Shown in pieces: positions 47,711 through 48,850 of a stretch of 48,850 nt of DNA. How positions within the stretch are numbered: position 1 is the stretch's first letter; the number at the start of each line of letters is the position of its first letter. Source of the DNA: Bacteriovoracaceae bacterium (GTDB taxonomy: Bacteria > Bdellovibrionota > Bacteriovoracia > Bacteriovoracales > Bacteriovoracaceae); assembly GCA_018649885.1 (NCBI GenBank), contig JABIHA010000023.1, forward strand, positions 1-48,850. The letters are read 5' to 3'. A model generated the notes under the pieces. The model searched no databases. It was given only the letters and a program-made list of their open reading frames with translations, and was not told where the DNA came from. Position numbers and translations under genes: made by a program.

Positions 47711-48457
47711 ATGAAAAGTCTTTTAGTACTCACGGTATTTATACTATTCACTGCTTGTAATTTTGAAGCTTCTAACCAAAAAACACCTAAGAACACTTTA
47801 TTTATTGGTATTGATGTTAGCGGCTCATTTACGAGAACAAAGAAGTTTAACAATGGCATGACTTTTTTGGCGAATTATATCCATTCACATATTAATGGAC
47901 TCGGAGGTCTGGCAAAACCCACAGATCTCTATGTTGGCGGTGTCGGAGGTGATACCTTGGAAGAGCCTCAAAGCTTTTTCCCAATCCATGATTTCATAGG
48001 CAGAACACCGAAACAAATAGAGGCAAAGCTTAGAAAAGAATTTGGGGGACAAAAGGATAATCTCACTGATTTTAATACTTTCTTTTTTAGAGTTAAAACT
48101 CTAGTAAAACAAAAAAACTTAGTCCTTGCACCAATTTCAGTTGTCCTGATTACTGATGGAGTGCCGGAAATTGCCAATAGAAAATCAAAAAAGGCCGTAA
48201 AGCAAGCTTACTCTAAAATTGATATCTCTCCACTTGAATACCTAGCTAAAAACATTTCAATTCGTATTCTCTATGCTGCCCCAAAGGTTGGATATAATTG
48301 GCGCCATTATGTGCCGACTAAAAGAATCAAAGTATGGACAGTGGAACCACAGGTTATGTATGGCTGGAGTGATCAGCTAAAAATCAATGGGCAAAAGGGA
48401 ATGTATGCCTGGATTCGCGACAATGTGGACCTAAGAATTAAATCTCGTGGTATATAG
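47711..48457 (+). CDS. vWA-domain lipoprotein
   Basis: Lipobox FTAC; MIDAS DVSGS, TDF, LITDG. Confidence 0.85.
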   Translation: MKSLLVLTVFILFTACNFEASNQKTPKNTLFIGIDVSGSFTRTKKFNNGMTFLANYIHSHINGLGGLAKPTDLYVGGVGGDTLEEPQSFFPIHDFIGRTPKQIEAKLRKEFGGQKDNLTDFNTFFFRVKTLVKQKNLVLAPISVVLITDGVPEIANRKSKKAVKQAYSKIDISPLEYLAKNISIRILYAAPKVGYNWRHYVPTKRIKVWTVEPQVMYGWSDQLKINGQKGMYAWIRDNVDLRIKSRGI

Positions 48458-48474
48458 CAAGGCCCATGAGGTGA

Positions 48475-48850
48475 CTACTTACATTTGCCTTTCTTAGGAA
48501 GGCAAAACCCATGTTTGGCCCAGTAGCCATATGTATCGGCGATGCTCTCCCAGCCTCGTTTTTTAATATCTCTGGGAACATCTTTGCCGCCACCAAAGTA
48601 CGCAGGATCACCAATAATTCCTGTTGTGTGTGCCAATTCATGAATTATAATAGAGACCATGGTAGTTTATTGAATCGATTTTTTTATGCCAATATCTAAA
48701 GGTTGGCAATGTAACTACTCAATAAACTGAGGTTTTCTCTTTTTTGGGCCCTGTACCTAGGCCAACCAATATTAATCATTTAATATATCTTCATGTCTGA
48801 AAATGATTTCAAAAGCTTAGGCCAAAAGCTAATTGATATGTGGTCACCTA
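48475..48850 (-). pseudogene. HExxH zinc metalloprotease remnant (M35-like)
   Basis: SIIIHELAH...GDPAY...IADTY in 48475..48660; in-frame TAA three codons upstream of the ATG and stops in the other frames. Upstream extent uncertain. Confidence 0.6.

Overview
AT-rich bacterial chromosomal window, densely coding. The many signal-peptide-bearing hypothetical proteins and hydrolases suggest a predatory Bdellovibrionota genome (Bacteriovoracaceae/Halobacteriovorax-like); this is inference, since no marker gene is present. The left ~4 kb holds mobile-element debris: a (CA)17 run, an IS3-like orfA fragment, the 3' end (domains V-VI) of a group II intron and a decayed hicAB toxin-antitoxin pair next to typA. 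Recognisable genes include typA/bipA, fbaA, an SrkA/RdoA kinase, a papain-like protease, a GCS2 ligase, a GH84 hydrolase, an EEP nuclease, patatin, an ABC pair, a V4R protein plus histidine kinase, TetR plus hydrolase and a TonB-like protein. The best candidate for an undescribed system is 11.9-17.6 kb: four uncharacterised exported proteins led by a 558-aa protein with a long coiled-coil hairpin, an internal terminator, a structured leader with a 23-aa sORF, and a divergent XRE regulator-MFS pair. Other leads are an FNR-box-driven TerB-like/DksA operon, an 845-aa toxin-like HExxH protein, a membrane protein-vWA lipoprotein pair, a CTG-initiated patatin and strong GGCC over-representation. All family calls come from motifs read by eye; no searches were run.
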